Source of the DNA: Piromyces finnis finn
Taxonomy: Eukaryota > Fungi > Neocallimastigomycota
Length of the DNA: 64,000 nucleotides
NCBI GenBank assembly: GCA_002104945.1
Contig: MCFH01000025.1
Location: 186,001-250,000, forward strand
Reading direction: 5' to 3'
Shown: in pieces, positions 27,227 through 46,930 of the stretch
Numbering within the stretch: the first letter of the stretch is position 1
Layout: the number at the start of each line of letters is the position of its first letter
The notes under the pieces: model-generated
The model's input: only the letters and a program-made list of their open reading frames with translations
Databases searched by the model: none
What the model was told of the DNA's origin: nothing
Translations under genes and position numbers: made by a program

Positions 27227-30200
27227 TTATTTTTTAATATCTATACTTTCTTCACTATCAAAAAGTTTGTTTTTTTCTCTTTCTTCTAAAATTTCTCTAA
27301 CTTTCTCTTCAACTTTTAAATTTGTATTACTTGAACCATGCTTTACAATTTCCCTCCTTATAATCGAATCCGCAATATCATCAGGAATAGGTTGACCATT
27401 CTTTATACATTCATTAATAACATCTATATCTATACCATCCTTTCTCAATAATTGATCTACTCTTTCAGACATATTTTCCATTTCAAGATCAACTGCTTCA
27501 GAATTAATTGTATCTAATTTTGCCTTTTCAATCATATGGTTCAACTCTTCTATGGTAACATTTTCAAGGAAGGCAACATTACTATGATTAATATATTCTT
27601 TGGTAAGACTTTCCATGAAATTCCATTTATAATTCTTTTTCACTGAATATACAAATAAATAGCAGGTAATGTAGGATAATTTTTCTAAGGGTACACAATC
27701 TTGTTTTGAATTCACTTGTTCGGATATACGATATTGAAGTTCTGCTGAATTATATTGTACTTGACTCACCATTTGACTTGCAAATTCAATATATTCAGAA
27801 AATTCTAAATATTCATGATTTTGATGGTCATAACGATGTAAAACATCAAGGAACTTTTAAAAGTATAAAAATAAAAGTAAAATTAGTTATATTTATAGTT
27901 TAAAATATATATATATATATATTTAATTAATAATATTAGAAAAATTATATATTTTAATAATTACAAATTGATAATTTGGTTCTGCTTGTTTCTTTATAAG
28001 GAACAGGATATAATCAAGGAATGAATCTTTTGTTGATTTTCCTTTACAGAAGCTTTGATAGTCAAATTCCAATTCTTCATAAAAGGATTCCTAATAAATT
28101 TAAGGAAATTAATTAAATTTTGGTAAATAATCTATTAGTATAATAAATACATTTTACTTTGGTATTACATATCATATATATTCACATACACTTTTCATAG
28201 GGTAGATAGTCTTAAATAATTTTAATATATTATTACTACTAAAATCGTTACATAATCTTATAAATTGACTTAGAATATAATAATATTTCCAAGAACAATC
28301 TTCTTCACCACTTAGCGTTCTTGCATAAAGCGTTACAATCTAATTAAATATATATTTTAGGTATACATGCAAATTATAAATTATAATGTATATCTATATG
28401 TTATTATATGATATTTATTATATGATATTTCTTTAATAGTTTATTTTTTAAAAAAATAAATTAATTACTGGCAAATTGTCATTAGTTTGTAAGGATTGAA
28501 TGATATCATGTAATACAAATTTTGAAATTTTATCAATTGCATATTTTTTATAGACATATGAATAAAATGTTTCCTAATATAAATGATACTTAGTAATTAA
28601 TAATTTTTTTTAAAATGGATATTAATAATATATTAACATACTGAAAATGTTTTAAGACGTTCATCGTTTTTGAAAAATGGATCTTCTTCTATAATATATC
28701 TAGCATTAAATACTTCCCATATAATACCAATGAGTTTAGATGTTGAGAAATTTCTTGATATTAATGGTTTTATACCATCATTCTTATAGAAATAAGTTTT
28801 CCATATTTTTTGAAATGTGGGTATTTTCTATATCAAATTAAAAATTTAATATTTAATATTTTAAAAACTCCGTGGCTCTTTTATATAAAAAATTTGTAAT
28901 CATATGAACGTATAATATAATAATTTTTATTAATTACAGTAATTTCTGAAACATTGATATATTTTCCTTCTATATCTTCCGATTCAATATTATTATCAAT
29001 TTCTTCCAATGAAGAATTATCAGAATTCCAAACATAAAGATCAGGATGTACCAATCGTACATTAGTAACGGATGGCGGTATTTCGATATTAATATCACAT
29101 TTTTTATGTGGACATAATGCAGTCTACCGGTTAATTTATTTTGTATTGATTATTTTTTTTAATAGTTGTAAAATATATTATTCAAAATATGTTAATGTCA
29201 CTAATAATTATTCATACTACTTGTAATATATTATTATTAAAAAATATTAAATACCCTAAATTGACATTTATAACAGTATTCAAAACTCTTTAAAGGTTTA
29301 TATGTATAGCCATTATCGTCAGAACAAACAACCTTATTTTTATAATAAAAGTTAAGTTATTTGATTAATAGAGAATTTAGAAAGTATATATATAGAGTAG
29401 TGACCATATGGAATTTAAAATATTAATAATAATGATGTTATACCATAATTGAATATTGCCTATTAATATCATCTAGTACATTACTGGTTTTACTAAATTT
29501 GTTGGTATTTTTATAATTATTAATAAGAATATTCAATTTTTTATAATGTTGTCGAAGTTGTTCTTGTTCATCAAATAAATTTTTTATTCTATTCTTAAAT
29601 CCTTCAACTACCTTATTCAACTAATACCATGATGAAATTAATAATATATTTATATTTTAAATTTATTATATATATTTTTATAAATAAAATTAATATTATT
29701 TTTTGAAATATATATATTTTCCAATAAATATATACTTCTTGCATATAAGTATCATCGTTAATAATATTACTGCTTTTATTTTGTCTTAATTTATCCAATT
29801 GTGACTCATATTCATCAACCTGACAATTTACAATATTAGAAAGTTGATCGTAAATTAGTAATGTTTCCTTTTTATCATTTTCTGCAATAGTCTAATATAA
29901 ATTTAAAATAATATATTTAATGATATATTAATATACTATATATAATACAGATTAAATTTAAATGGTTTTATCATTACAATCATATCAACTGGATTTTTAT
30001 TATTCCATTTCTTTTCATTGACTATTAATTTTTATAGTATAATGACATTGGTTAATAAATTAATATTTTTTTCTTAAGAATATTTTTAGAATTATAAATA
30101 TATTTTAAATTTACTAAATTTCCAATTATCTAGAGAATCTCTATAAATGTTAATTTGATTAATTGTTTCTCCTGCATCTTGAAGTGATGTCTATACACAT

Positions 30201-31265
30201 TTCAATAAATAATTAATGTGAATAATATATATAAATACTATAATGATTTAAAAATCATAAAGAATTTTTTTTTTCTTTTCTTTATTATTTACTTTCAATA
30301 AATCTATTTTGGATTTCATAATTTCAACTTGATTATTATTCATAGTTTTCATTAATAATCTTTCTCCTTCTACTGATTTTAGTTTTGCTTCAACATCTGT
30401 ATATTTTTCTTTCAAATCTTTTATAATTTTTTCTTTTTCAATATTATCTTGTCTTAATATTACAAAAATAATAAATAATAATGACAATTAATATAATTTA
30501 TTTACATTATATAAAACTTATTTTATATTAAAGAATGTATAGTACGATATTAAAATTACTTATATGCCAAATTTTTTCTATACACTATGCTTAATTCATA
30601 ATTTTTATCATTAATTCTTTCTTTAAGTTCTTTAAATGTTTCATTAGTTTTCTTGACTTCTTCCTTTCTTTATAATATAATAGTATTTATTCGATATACA
30701 TTACAATTAGTAATTATAATTTCTTTTATTAAAACTTTTTATAGTTTTTTTTTTATAATTTATTTTATTTAAAAAAATATAATAATTAAATATAAATAAA
30801 AAATTTCACCTCATTGATGTCATTTTCTCAGAGGTTTGGAAAAATGGTATTCTTTCAATATAAGGTTCCTGTTCTGATGAAGTAAAAAACTTTGAAAATA
30901 CAGATTCGAAAAGTTCATCCCTAATTAATTCCAAAACTGTTTGAATATTTCCACTTTGAGGTATAATTTCATCTTTATTTTAAAAAAAATATATATGTAT
31001 ATAATTAATATTGTTAAAAATTATTTTTAATTTATTATTTATGTATATATATATATATATATATTATTGTACCAAATACTCGAAAAACTTCTATAACTCT
31101 TTCTTTACAAGGTCTTTTTGGATATCTTTGATATAATTCCTTTAAATGAACTTCATATAATAATGCTTGGGATTTTGCTGGAAATTTTCTTGAATTAAAT
31201 ATCGAATTCTTGCTTTTACTTTTATTAATGTTCAAATTACTTGAACGAGAATTAGCAGCGTTCAT
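27227..31265 (-). CDS. Large multi-exon coiled-coil protein with a CxxC-x6-CPH motif and degenerate EF-hand; possibly flagellar (TSNAXIP1-like)
   Basis: Many short GT-AG exons: KERVIEVFRVFG|EIIPQSGNIQTVLELIRDELF, coiled-coil exons, YCYKCQFR|TALCPHKK, LIGIIWEVFNAR, IVTLYARTLSGEEDCSWKY, FLDVLHRYDHQNHEYLEFSEY. Gene presence is solid; the family call is from memory. Confidence 0.6.
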
Positions 31266-32295
31266 ACTTAATTTCTTTTCTCTATTATATTTTAATATAA
31301 TGATTTATATATTTATTTTGAGATAATTCTTATTAAAAATAAATTTGAAAAGAAATACTATATAACTAAATTGTCATTAATGCTTTTTTATTAACTGTCT
31401 ATCTAACAAATTTTATATAAATCTAATAACCACTTTGATTAAAGTTTTAAAGTTTTTTATATTTTTGAAAATTTCATTCTATAAAAGTTCAGTTTTTGAC
31501 AATAAAAAATTTAAAAATTAATTTATTTCGAAATGTATACATATAACTTTAACTTGTATACATTTTATATAAAATTTAAAACTTTTATAGATTTAATTAA
31601 TAATTGAATTGGTTTATCCAACAAAAGCAAAATAGTTAAAATTTAAATATTAAAAGTACTCTTTTTATATTTAATTTTAAAATTAATAAGTATTATATAT
31701 ATATCATCTCAAAGGAAAAAAGAAAAGTAAAGAAAAGAAAAATCAAGGTAAAGAAATAATAAATAAATAAAATTATAAAATTATTTTTAAGATAAGAAAG
31801 GGAGAAAAAAAAAGTTTATGTAATCAAGTAATCAATTAAATTTTGAATATTTTAAAAAAAAAAAAAATTGAATTAATTATAGCTTTCTATAATATTATAA
31901 TAAATGAAATAATGTTGAATAAAATTTTTATTATGTAAAATGAAAAGATATGAATTAGAATATTTTTATTAATTATTCAATGAAAATAATTTATTTTCAT
32001 ACTAAACATTCTTAGTATGAAGATAAATTATATTTTTATCAATAAAAATAAAATTTATTAAATAAAAATTATTATTATAAATAGTTTAATATACAGTGTA
32101 AATAGAAAGAAAAAAAAAGTATTATTAAATTAATACTAATATTAATAATATAAATAATAATATGTTAATTATCATGTTTTATATAATATTCATTATAGCC
32201 AAAATATTGACATTTTCTTTTTTATTATAAAAATATAATATCAAATTTTAAAAAATAGAAAAAATAAAATTTATAATCAAAAAAGTATAAATAAA

Positions 32296-33582
32296 ATGAA
32301 AACAAATGAGACTGTAGTTTTTGCTGGAAGGCACATGAATTTAGAAAATTTAGAAAATTTAGATCCGGTACAAAATGCACAACTTTATTATCAATATATA
32401 TGTAATTCTATTCCAACAAAATCCACTTTAAAATATATTTATAGATTTGTTAAAAATTATCATCCCAGTATTTTTAAATTTTTAAGACTTGAAGATATAA
32501 AATCTTTGGGAAAAACATTAGACGAATTAGCTTTTAAAGAAAATGCTCATATTAATATTTTAAAAATTTTGAAGGAATTAATAAAAAAGATTCAAACTTC
32601 ACCACATAACTTAACATTTCTCCATCCAATTTTTGCCAAACATTGCCTTTTAGCTAAAACTTACAGCTATGCCAAAGACATTTTATCATATGATATTGAA
32701 GATTTTGATAGTCATGTTAATATATTAGACTTTTTACTTTATCATTATTATGGTGGTATGCTTGCTATTGGTTTAAGCGATTATAATAAAGCTTTAACTT
32801 ATTTCAGAAGAGTTATTAGCTCACCTTGTGAAAAAGTAGCTAGTGCTATTATGATTGAAAGTTATAAAAAATATGTTTTAGTATCAATATTATTACACGG
32901 AAAAAAACAGCAATTACCCTCATATACTGATGATGATGTTTATAAAAATTTATCCAAGTCTGAACATTGTAAAAAATACAAAGATTTAGAAAATTCATTT
33001 AGTTCACTCTCATCTGAAATGAATATGAATGTTATACGTATTAAAAAACTATCAAATTTCAAAAGTAAAAATAATAAAGGTCTTGTAAAACAGACAACTA
33101 GAGCCTATACTAGAAAAGTTATACAAAAATTAACACAAACATATGTTACAATGTCATTTGAAGAAATTGCAAAGGAAATTGGATTGGAAGGAGAAAATGC
33201 TAACAAAATTGTTGAGCGTCACTTATTAAGTATGATTGAAAATAATGAGATTTTTGCATACATAAATCATAGTAATGGAGGAATGGTTTCTTTCTATGAT
33301 GATCCAGAACGTTATAATAATAATGATACTATGGAAAAAATCAACGATTGTATTAAAGCAATCAGTGAATTAAATGATAAAGTATTAGAATATAACAGTA
33401 TCATTAATAAAAAACATATTGTTGATGCTACTAAAAGAATGAAGGAAATAAAGAAAAATATTGATAAAACTGTTTCTAATGAAGATTCTATTGAACAAGG
33501 TTTTGAATTTCCAGGTGTATTAATGGGACTTGATGAATATAATATCAGTGACGATGACAATGAAAGAGATTTTAGAATTTAA
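32296..33582 (+). CDS. CSN3: COP9 signalosome subunit 3 (PCI domain); intronless
   Basis: LTFLHPIFAKHCLLAK, FLLYHYYGGMLAIGL, SAIMIESYKKYVLVSILLHGK, KNKGLVKQ...IQKLTQTYVTMSFEEIA, MIENNEIFAYINH..GMVSFYDDPE. Confidence 0.92.
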   Translation: MKTNETVVFAGRHMNLENLENLDPVQNAQLYYQYICNSIPTKSTLKYIYRFVKNYHPSIFKFLRLEDIKSLGKTLDELAFKENAHINILKILKELIKKIQTSPHNLTFLHPIFAKHCLLAKTYSYAKDILSYDIEDFDSHVNILDFLLYHYYGGMLAIGLSDYNKALTYFRRVISSPCEKVASAIMIESYKKYVLVSILLHGKKQQLPSYTDDDVYKNLSKSEHCKKYKDLENSFSSLSSEMNMNVIRIKKLSNFKSKNNKGLVKQTTRAYTRKVIQKLTQTYVTMSFEEIAKEIGLEGENANKIVERHLLSMIENNEIFAYINHSNGGMVSFYDDPERYNNNDTMEKINDCIKAISELNDKVLEYNSIINKKHIVDATKRMKEIKKNIDKTVSNEDSIEQGFEFPGVLMGLDEYNISDDDNERDFRI

Positions 33583-34071
33583 TTAATAAATATATTAATA
33601 TATTATAATAGGAAAAAAAATTTTTTTTTTTCTTTTTTATTGTAAATACCAATAATTAATGATAATATAACAAGGAATTATATTTTTATAATTAGCTATA
33701 CAGTATTAAATTTTTCTTTTTTTTTAAAAAAAAAAAAAAAATAAGATAATTAAAAAAAAAAAAAAAATTAAAATTGATGCTAATTATTCTTCTTAAATAT
33801 TAATTAAAATATATATCTATTATATATATAAAAAAATAAAAATAAAAAAAATAAAAAAATAAATAAAATAATTATTATATTTTAATTGGAAATTTAAAGA
33901 GTCTTCATTTTATTAAATTTACTACATATATAAAATAAAGTATTATAATAATATTATTACAAAACATATAATATAGATAGATATAAATATTATTAATTTT
34001 TATAATGTATAAGATTTTATGATAGGTAATTTTTATAAAAAAAAAATAGTTTGAAAAATACAACTATAAAA

Positions 34072-36047
34072 TTAGAAATTGTTTGCAACATTCTTCATCC
34101 AATAAATTCTAGAAATTGGAAATTTTGATTCTATCACAGGTAAATCTCTTGCAATTAATGTTTTCATAGTTAATGGGATTTTATTTTTATTTAATATTAC
34201 ATCGGGAATTTGACTAACGGATCTAATTTTTGAGCTGTCTATTTTAATCATATAAGGATTTGTTTGGGATAATTGATTTTGAGATGAAGAAATAATAGTG
34301 TTATTCAAAGATGATGGTTCATGTTGTGTTGAAGTACAGTTTGGATGTCGTAGTTGTTCTATATAAATACTGTTTTGAGACTCTTGTAATTTTAATGAAG
34401 AAGAGGAAGAAGAAGGTTTTGTTGATGATGATGAAGGTTTATTCACATAACTCTTATTATTATTTAACGAGCTTTTATTTAAAATTCTATTATTTCTATG
34501 ATTAGTATAAATTAATTTATTGGAATCTTGACACTCTATTTGTGTTGCTCTTTTCAAATTTTTATATTTTTTATATTTTGATACAGTAGCAACAAATTCA
34601 TCCATTAATTTATCTCGGGCTTTCTGTAAATATTCACATTCTTTATCAATATTTCGTTTATAATAGGATGTATTATCAAATTGAAAATTGGTATTATCTT
34701 TTAATTCTGGAGATTCTTCATTAGTATTAATGATTGATGCTGTACTTGAATGTTTAATGCTATTACTATCAATATCGGGTAATCGATTCTCATTAATATT
34801 GGTATCTATACTTATACTTGAATTATTATTGGAATTAGCAAGACTAAAACTATTTGAACCTTGAAATTCATTCATATAGCTATTGTTTAAACCTTTTTCA
34901 TCTTCTCCAATATATTTTTCTGAAATACAACTATTCAATTCATATTCATTTTCATCCTTTAATATTTTTTCATTACTATCATTTGAATTAAGATCAGACT
35001 TTGTTAAAAATACCTCGTTTTCATTATCATTATTATCATTATTATTATCATTATTACTACCAATAGAAATATTAGAATCTGATTCTTTTTCTTTATTATT
35101 GAATTTAAAATCAAAGCCTTTCAATATTTAATCATTTATTTATCGTATTTTTTATAATTGTTATTATAGTAAAATTATAACAATAAATATCAATATATTG
35201 TATTATGAAAAAGGAATTATTAATATATTGTAAATCTAATTTTAAATTTATTTACTATCGTCAAATCCAAGTTTTGAATTTTTGTGAATTAAATTTAATA
35301 ATGGATTAACACTTTTCGGGTGTTTTTCTATATTATCATTTGAAATATCTAAATCACTTAAGCTATATAAAAATATTGGCTTTTTTTTCAATCGATAAGA
35401 ATTATTTATAGCATTAGCTGTATTTAATGATGAAATTTTATTTCTTTGATAGCATTCATATGCTTTTATAAGAGTACTTTGTTTATATCTTGTTTTCTTA
35501 TTAATGATAATATAGAAGATATTATTTTAATTAAATTTAATTCAATTTTAGTATTTTTCTTTAAAATATATGACTTTTTTTTTATAATAAAAAATAAAAT
35601 TATAGTTCTGTAATTTTTACCTTTCTAATTTTTTCACAATCATCTTCACCCTTTTCTAATTGATTTAAATATGGACCACCGATTGAACATTTTAACGAAT
35701 TTAATTCTAATGTTGAATTTTTCTTCAAAAAAAGAAAAAAAATTTTAAAATTTTTATATATATTAATTAAATAAATGCAAAATAAACTTACCTTTATTTT
35801 TTTTGAAGCTCTTTTTAAGATAAATGGCGTCTAAAGAGAGTAAAAAATAGCAATCATAAAAGATAATATATATATATAGATATAAACAATAACAATATAA
35901 TAAATTAATAGTTATTGACTTTGCCCATCAAATAAATAAAATTTTAAAAAAATATTTTTAAAATACTTATTTTATTTTAATACTATATTTTTATTCTTGT
36001 ATGATTACATTAATAGCATTCCCATAAGATGATGATGTTACATTCAT
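34072..36047 (-). CDS. Hypothetical low-complexity (N/S/E-rich) protein; 5' exon structure unresolved
   Basis: Last two exons join in phase (...LGFDD|SFDFK... into ORF 34072-35124). Upstream exons TPFILKRASKKIK and KNSTLELNSLKCSIGGPYLNQLEKGEDDCEKLE have canonical sites. One junction near 35.5-35.6 kb does not phase cleanly and the start codon is uncertain. Confidence 0.5.
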
Positions 36048-36855
36048 TATATAACAATACAAATAATTAAATATATTTTTTTTTTACTTTTTCTAATTAT
36101 TATATATATCTTAACCGAAACAAGAAAAATTCGTTATATATTTAGTAAATATATTAAAACTTTAAAGTTTATATAAATAAATGATTAAAATAACTATTCA
36201 ACCATTCTTTTAATAATTTTAATTTATTAAATAAAAAATTTATAGTTTATTTCAATAATAATTATCATAGACTTTTTTATTATTCAATTTGAATGATTAA
36301 TGTAAATTCTGGTTATTAACAATATATAATTTTTCATAATCTTTTACAAAATTATTTTACTTTAAAAATACTATTATATTTGAAAGATATTTAATAATTA
36401 ATATATGATGATTTTTGCTTTTAAATGATTATAATATAAAAGAAATTCAACAATGTTTAAAAAATATTCGCTACACCTAATAATAATTAATAGAATATTT
36501 TATATACTCATTTAAATTATCATATCATATCTATTTCATTATTTATTATTATATTAGTATAATGTTTTTTTTTAACTATAAATATGATATGTTTTCGCTT
36601 TTTATTTTATTTTATTTTATATATTTGTTAAGTCATATATTACCAATTATAATGATAACAATATCTCTATTTTTTACATTGTTACAAATATATATATAAC
36701 TAAAAAAAAAATAATTTAATCTTTTTTCTCTAAGAAAAAAAATAACTATAAAAAAAAAAAGGCTTTTTATAAGTTATCATAAATTATAGATAATAAACTT
36801 ATATATTGTTATGTGTTAACCAATATCATAATTGAAAATCAATACATTTATTATG

Positions 36856-39644
36856 TTATGGAAGTGGAATATCCTTTATATCACTATTTGTTTGACTTAA
36901 ACTGATAGTATCAGATTTCTATTTTTTAATAATATATTTAAAATATAATTAATATTAAATTTTTTAAGCAATTAAAGAAAATTTTGGTTATACTGAAATA
37001 AACAATTAAACAAATATATATAGTTATCATTTTTAAATATATACATTATGAAAATATATACGTACTTGATTTAAACAATTGTATATATCTATAAAATCAT
37101 TCTTAATGAAATAATTTAAATTAAAATAAATGTTGTTTTCAAAATCAAGCCACGATTTCATAAAATTGTTATGACTCTTTTCCATTTGGCATATTTCTTG
37201 CTTTTTCATCGGATTATTTAATAATTCTGAATATGTAATATCGTCTTGGTAGTTTTTAATTTCAATATTAAAACTAGAGGTTGTTGTTATTTCCGTATTT
37301 GTAGTAGATGTAGATGTTAAGTTTGAGTTTTCACTTGTATTTGAATTTTTTCTTGCTCTTTTATTTTTTTTAACTTTTTCATGATTTACATAATGATCAT
37401 GATGTGGTTTTTTCAAATTAGTCTCATAAATATTATTTATATCTATTTTATTATTTTTAATATTTATTAATGATTTGTTAAATTTTAATCACAAATAAAG
37501 TAAAATGATAATTACAAAATAAAATAAAATGATAAATTCTTACGCATATGTTGTTCATGTTCATCCGACGACACGGTTAAATCTGATATATCTTCTAATG
37601 AATCGCCTTCATCATTGGCTGTAGGCGAATTAATTTGGAAATAATTGTTATTATACTTATTAATACATAAATCTTTATCCCATATAATGCAATCCTTTTT
37701 ATCTCTTAATGATTCTGTACTTGTATCTATTATAAAATTAGAAGATGAATTTTTTATTGTTTGTTTATTACCATACATATTAAGGAAATCAATAGACTTT
37801 GATTTTGATTCATTCATAAGATTTATATAACTAGTTTGAGAATTGAAAGAATCGTATGGAATAGTATTTAATTTTGAGCAAGTTGAACGAACAGAAACAC
37901 CTAGTTTATTATTGTCATTATCCTTTTCAACATAATCATTTAAGTCTTCTAAAAATGTTGATTTTGATAAATTTTCAAAAATACTATTGGAAATAGAATT
38001 ATCAGGTATATCAAGTATTGATGAACTAATAAACTTTCGTTTGTTGCTATGACTAATTACATGTTCTTTTATTGTATCACTATTTGATGAAGCCAAACTT
38101 ATTTTACTAAGATTACTGGAAAATGAATTAGTATTTCTTTCTGGATTATTATTATTGCTTAAGAATATTTCTCTGTCATCAATAGAATGTATAGGTTTTT
38201 CCTCTTTCTCTTTTATAACTTTAATATTTAGTATTTGTAAATTATAATTTTTTTTTAAAAAAAAATGTATTTATATTTATAATATAGATAGTAATAATAT
38301 TATTAATTTTTATAACGAATACATTTAAATATAAAAATGAAAAGTAGATTTATTATGGTTAGCATTAAATTGATAAAATGTATTAATATTTCTTCTCTTT
38401 TTTATCTATCATTGTTCTTCAATATTTTTTTATTATATTTATTATTTCTATAATAATGAGAAAAGAAAAATAATAATTATTAATTTAATATTCTTTTTAC
38501 TATAAAATATACCTTTATTCACATCATTAAGAATTTTATTATTACTTTCAAATTTATTGGGTATTTTTATACCTGAAGGAATAAAATTATTTTGTTTTCG
38601 ATATTTCTGATTACTATACCGATTATACTTCTTTGGTCTGCTATTATTAAAGTTTTCTTTCATTATTGTATTTATATTGGTAACATTTTGTTTGTCTATA
38701 CTACCAAAATTCAATCCTTTAGTATTAATATTAGTATCATTAAATTTTATAGAAATTTCATTATCAATTTTATATATTTTTTTTTCTTTTTCTTTATCTT
38801 TATTTATTTCCGTCACTTTTTGTTTTTTGTTAGTTATCTTTTTATATAGATTATAATAATAGTCATTTAAATTATTATAATTGTAATTGAAGCTTTTAAG
38901 GTGATTTGGTATATTTCTATATTTTTTATATTTCTTATTTGTATTTCTTTTATAATTCTTTATATCTGATATGTTCATAAAGTGTACATCTGATAATTGT
39001 TCTTCCAGTTCATCATACATTAAACCTAAATCTTTGAATCTATTTTTTAAATCTTTTAATTTATTTGCAATACTTCCATTTGACTTTTGATATATGATAT
39101 ATAGATATAAATATATAGATATATGTGATATTCATTATTTTTGCATTAATATTGAATTTTAATATATATATAGAAATATGAAATATGAAATATATATATA
39201 TATATATATATATAAACATGAAATTTATATTCATGTTATTTTATAAAAAATATTGTATTAATAAGAAACCTTATTTTAATAAATACATAATAAATATTTC
39301 ATTAATACAAAATAACAAGCTATTAAATAATGATGATATAACTTTATTATAATAACAAATTTATTTTTTAAATTTTTTCTTGTTTACCTTCAAAATGTCC
39401 GAACGTTTCCTCTTTTTCCCACTTATATATAATGATGATATTCCTACACATGTTTGAAATAATATGAAAATAGTATATCAAAAGAAAAGAAATACAATAT
39501 TTTTTTTATATTGATGGAAATTTAATGATAATAAGGTAAAAAAAAAATGGTTTTAATATTTTTTTTTTAATTTTTCAAGCCTTTTAATTATACAAAAAAA
39601 AAATAATTACCTTTTGTTATATCAACTATTGGATTGTTAAACAT
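36856..39644 (-). CDS. Hypothetical low-complexity protein with basic NLS-like motifs; 6 exons
   Basis: In-phase chain MFNNPIVDITK|GISSLYISGKKRKRSDILK|SNGSIANKLK...DVNK|VIKEKEEK...EQHM|HINNIYETNLKKP...LNQ|KSDTISLSQTNSDIKDIPLP*, linking the ORFs 38448-39020, 37512-38096 and 37033-37416. Confidence 0.7.
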
Positions 39645-40533
39645 TTTAATAGTAATTGCTAATTGTAATTATAATATTTTTCATCAAAACTGAAATGTCA
39701 AAACAATAAATAATATTCCCACCTACTTTAAATAAACATAAATTATATATTAGTTTTTTATTTTTATATAAATAACGGTTATTTATTTATGATTTTTAAA
39801 GTTTGCAATTCTGATTATATAAATAAATTATACAATATTATTATAATTATAATTATTTATCTATATATATTTATTTATTTAATATTTTTATTATTTTTAT
39901 TATCATTCTTATTATTAAAAGTTCAAATTTAAATATTACTTTTTGGAAATTAAAACATTATTAATACTATTAAAATGCAAAAATGCAGTGATATTAAATA
40001 TATCTAGTATTTTATACTTTTAAAATAATAAATTGAATTTTAAAAATAAATTTCATATTTTATTAATAATAATTTATGTTAATTTAAAAATTTAAATAAT
40101 TAGAATTGTTATAATTAAAATATAAAACATATTTAATATGATTTCATTTTAAAAAGACTCTACTTGAATTTATATATATTTAAAATATTAATATTTATTG
40201 TAATACTTTCATAATAAAAACAAGGAATAGAATAAAAAAAAAAAAAAACCTTTTTTATACATTATTAATATTTATTTGAACAATTTTTTTTTTATAAAAT
40301 TATATATAAAACAAAATATCATTTCTCATGGCAAAAATGTTTTACATGTTTCACATGTTTCACTATAATAACACTAACAAATAATATCAAAAAAATGTTA
40401 TAAGCAATATAATGACAAAGGTTAATAACATTGTTATAATTTTAATATTTATTTCCATTAGATTATATTAATTTTTTATTCAAAAAGAAAAGCATCATTT
40501 AAAATTAACGATATAAAATGGAAAATGTATAAT

Positions 40534-40568
<35 letters not shown>

Positions 40569-41288
40569 TTGAATATATCATATTATTATTATGAAGCTTT
40601 AGAATAAAAGCAAATAAAAGCGAATAGAAAAAAGAATTTGAGTTTTCTATAAAGTGCTTTTTAATTATAAAATTCATTACGAAAAAAATAATTAAAATAA
40701 TAATCAATTAAAAAAGAATTAAAAGGATGCTTAGTTATAACAAACTTCTTTTTTTATTTTATTTTTTCTTTTTTTTTTTGGGACTACTGAACTTTTCATT
40801 TTTTTTTTTTACTTTGTAAAATTATCTATTAAATTTAAAATTTAAATTTTTAATAATTAAAATTAATTTTACTTAATTTTTATTGGATGAACCATTTAAA
40901 AATGATCTTTTAAAAAAATTTTAAAATAAAAGGAATGTAGATGGACAATGAAATAAGAAAAAATGTTAATAAAAATATAAATATAAAATTCATTTATATA
41001 TTATTTAAATTAGAAAAAAAAATAAAAAAATAAAAAAAAAAGGAAATTTAAGAGTATTAAGACATTAAAATAAACAAAAGAAAAAAAAATATAAACTTTT
41101 ATAGTTGAAATATTTTTAACTTTGAAATTTCGAAATTAATTTATTTCAATAATTATTAATAAAAGAGTTTATTTTATATAAATTAAAGAATTTCAAAAAC
41201 AAAATTCATATTCCCAAACTCTCAATTTCCATTGTTAATATTATTTTTTTACTGTTAAATAAACTGATATTATATTCATATATATTAA

Positions 41289-46847
<5,559 letters not shown>

Positions 46848-46873
46848 AATAGTCTAAATATTCCAATTTTCAT

Positions 46874-46930
<57 letters not shown>

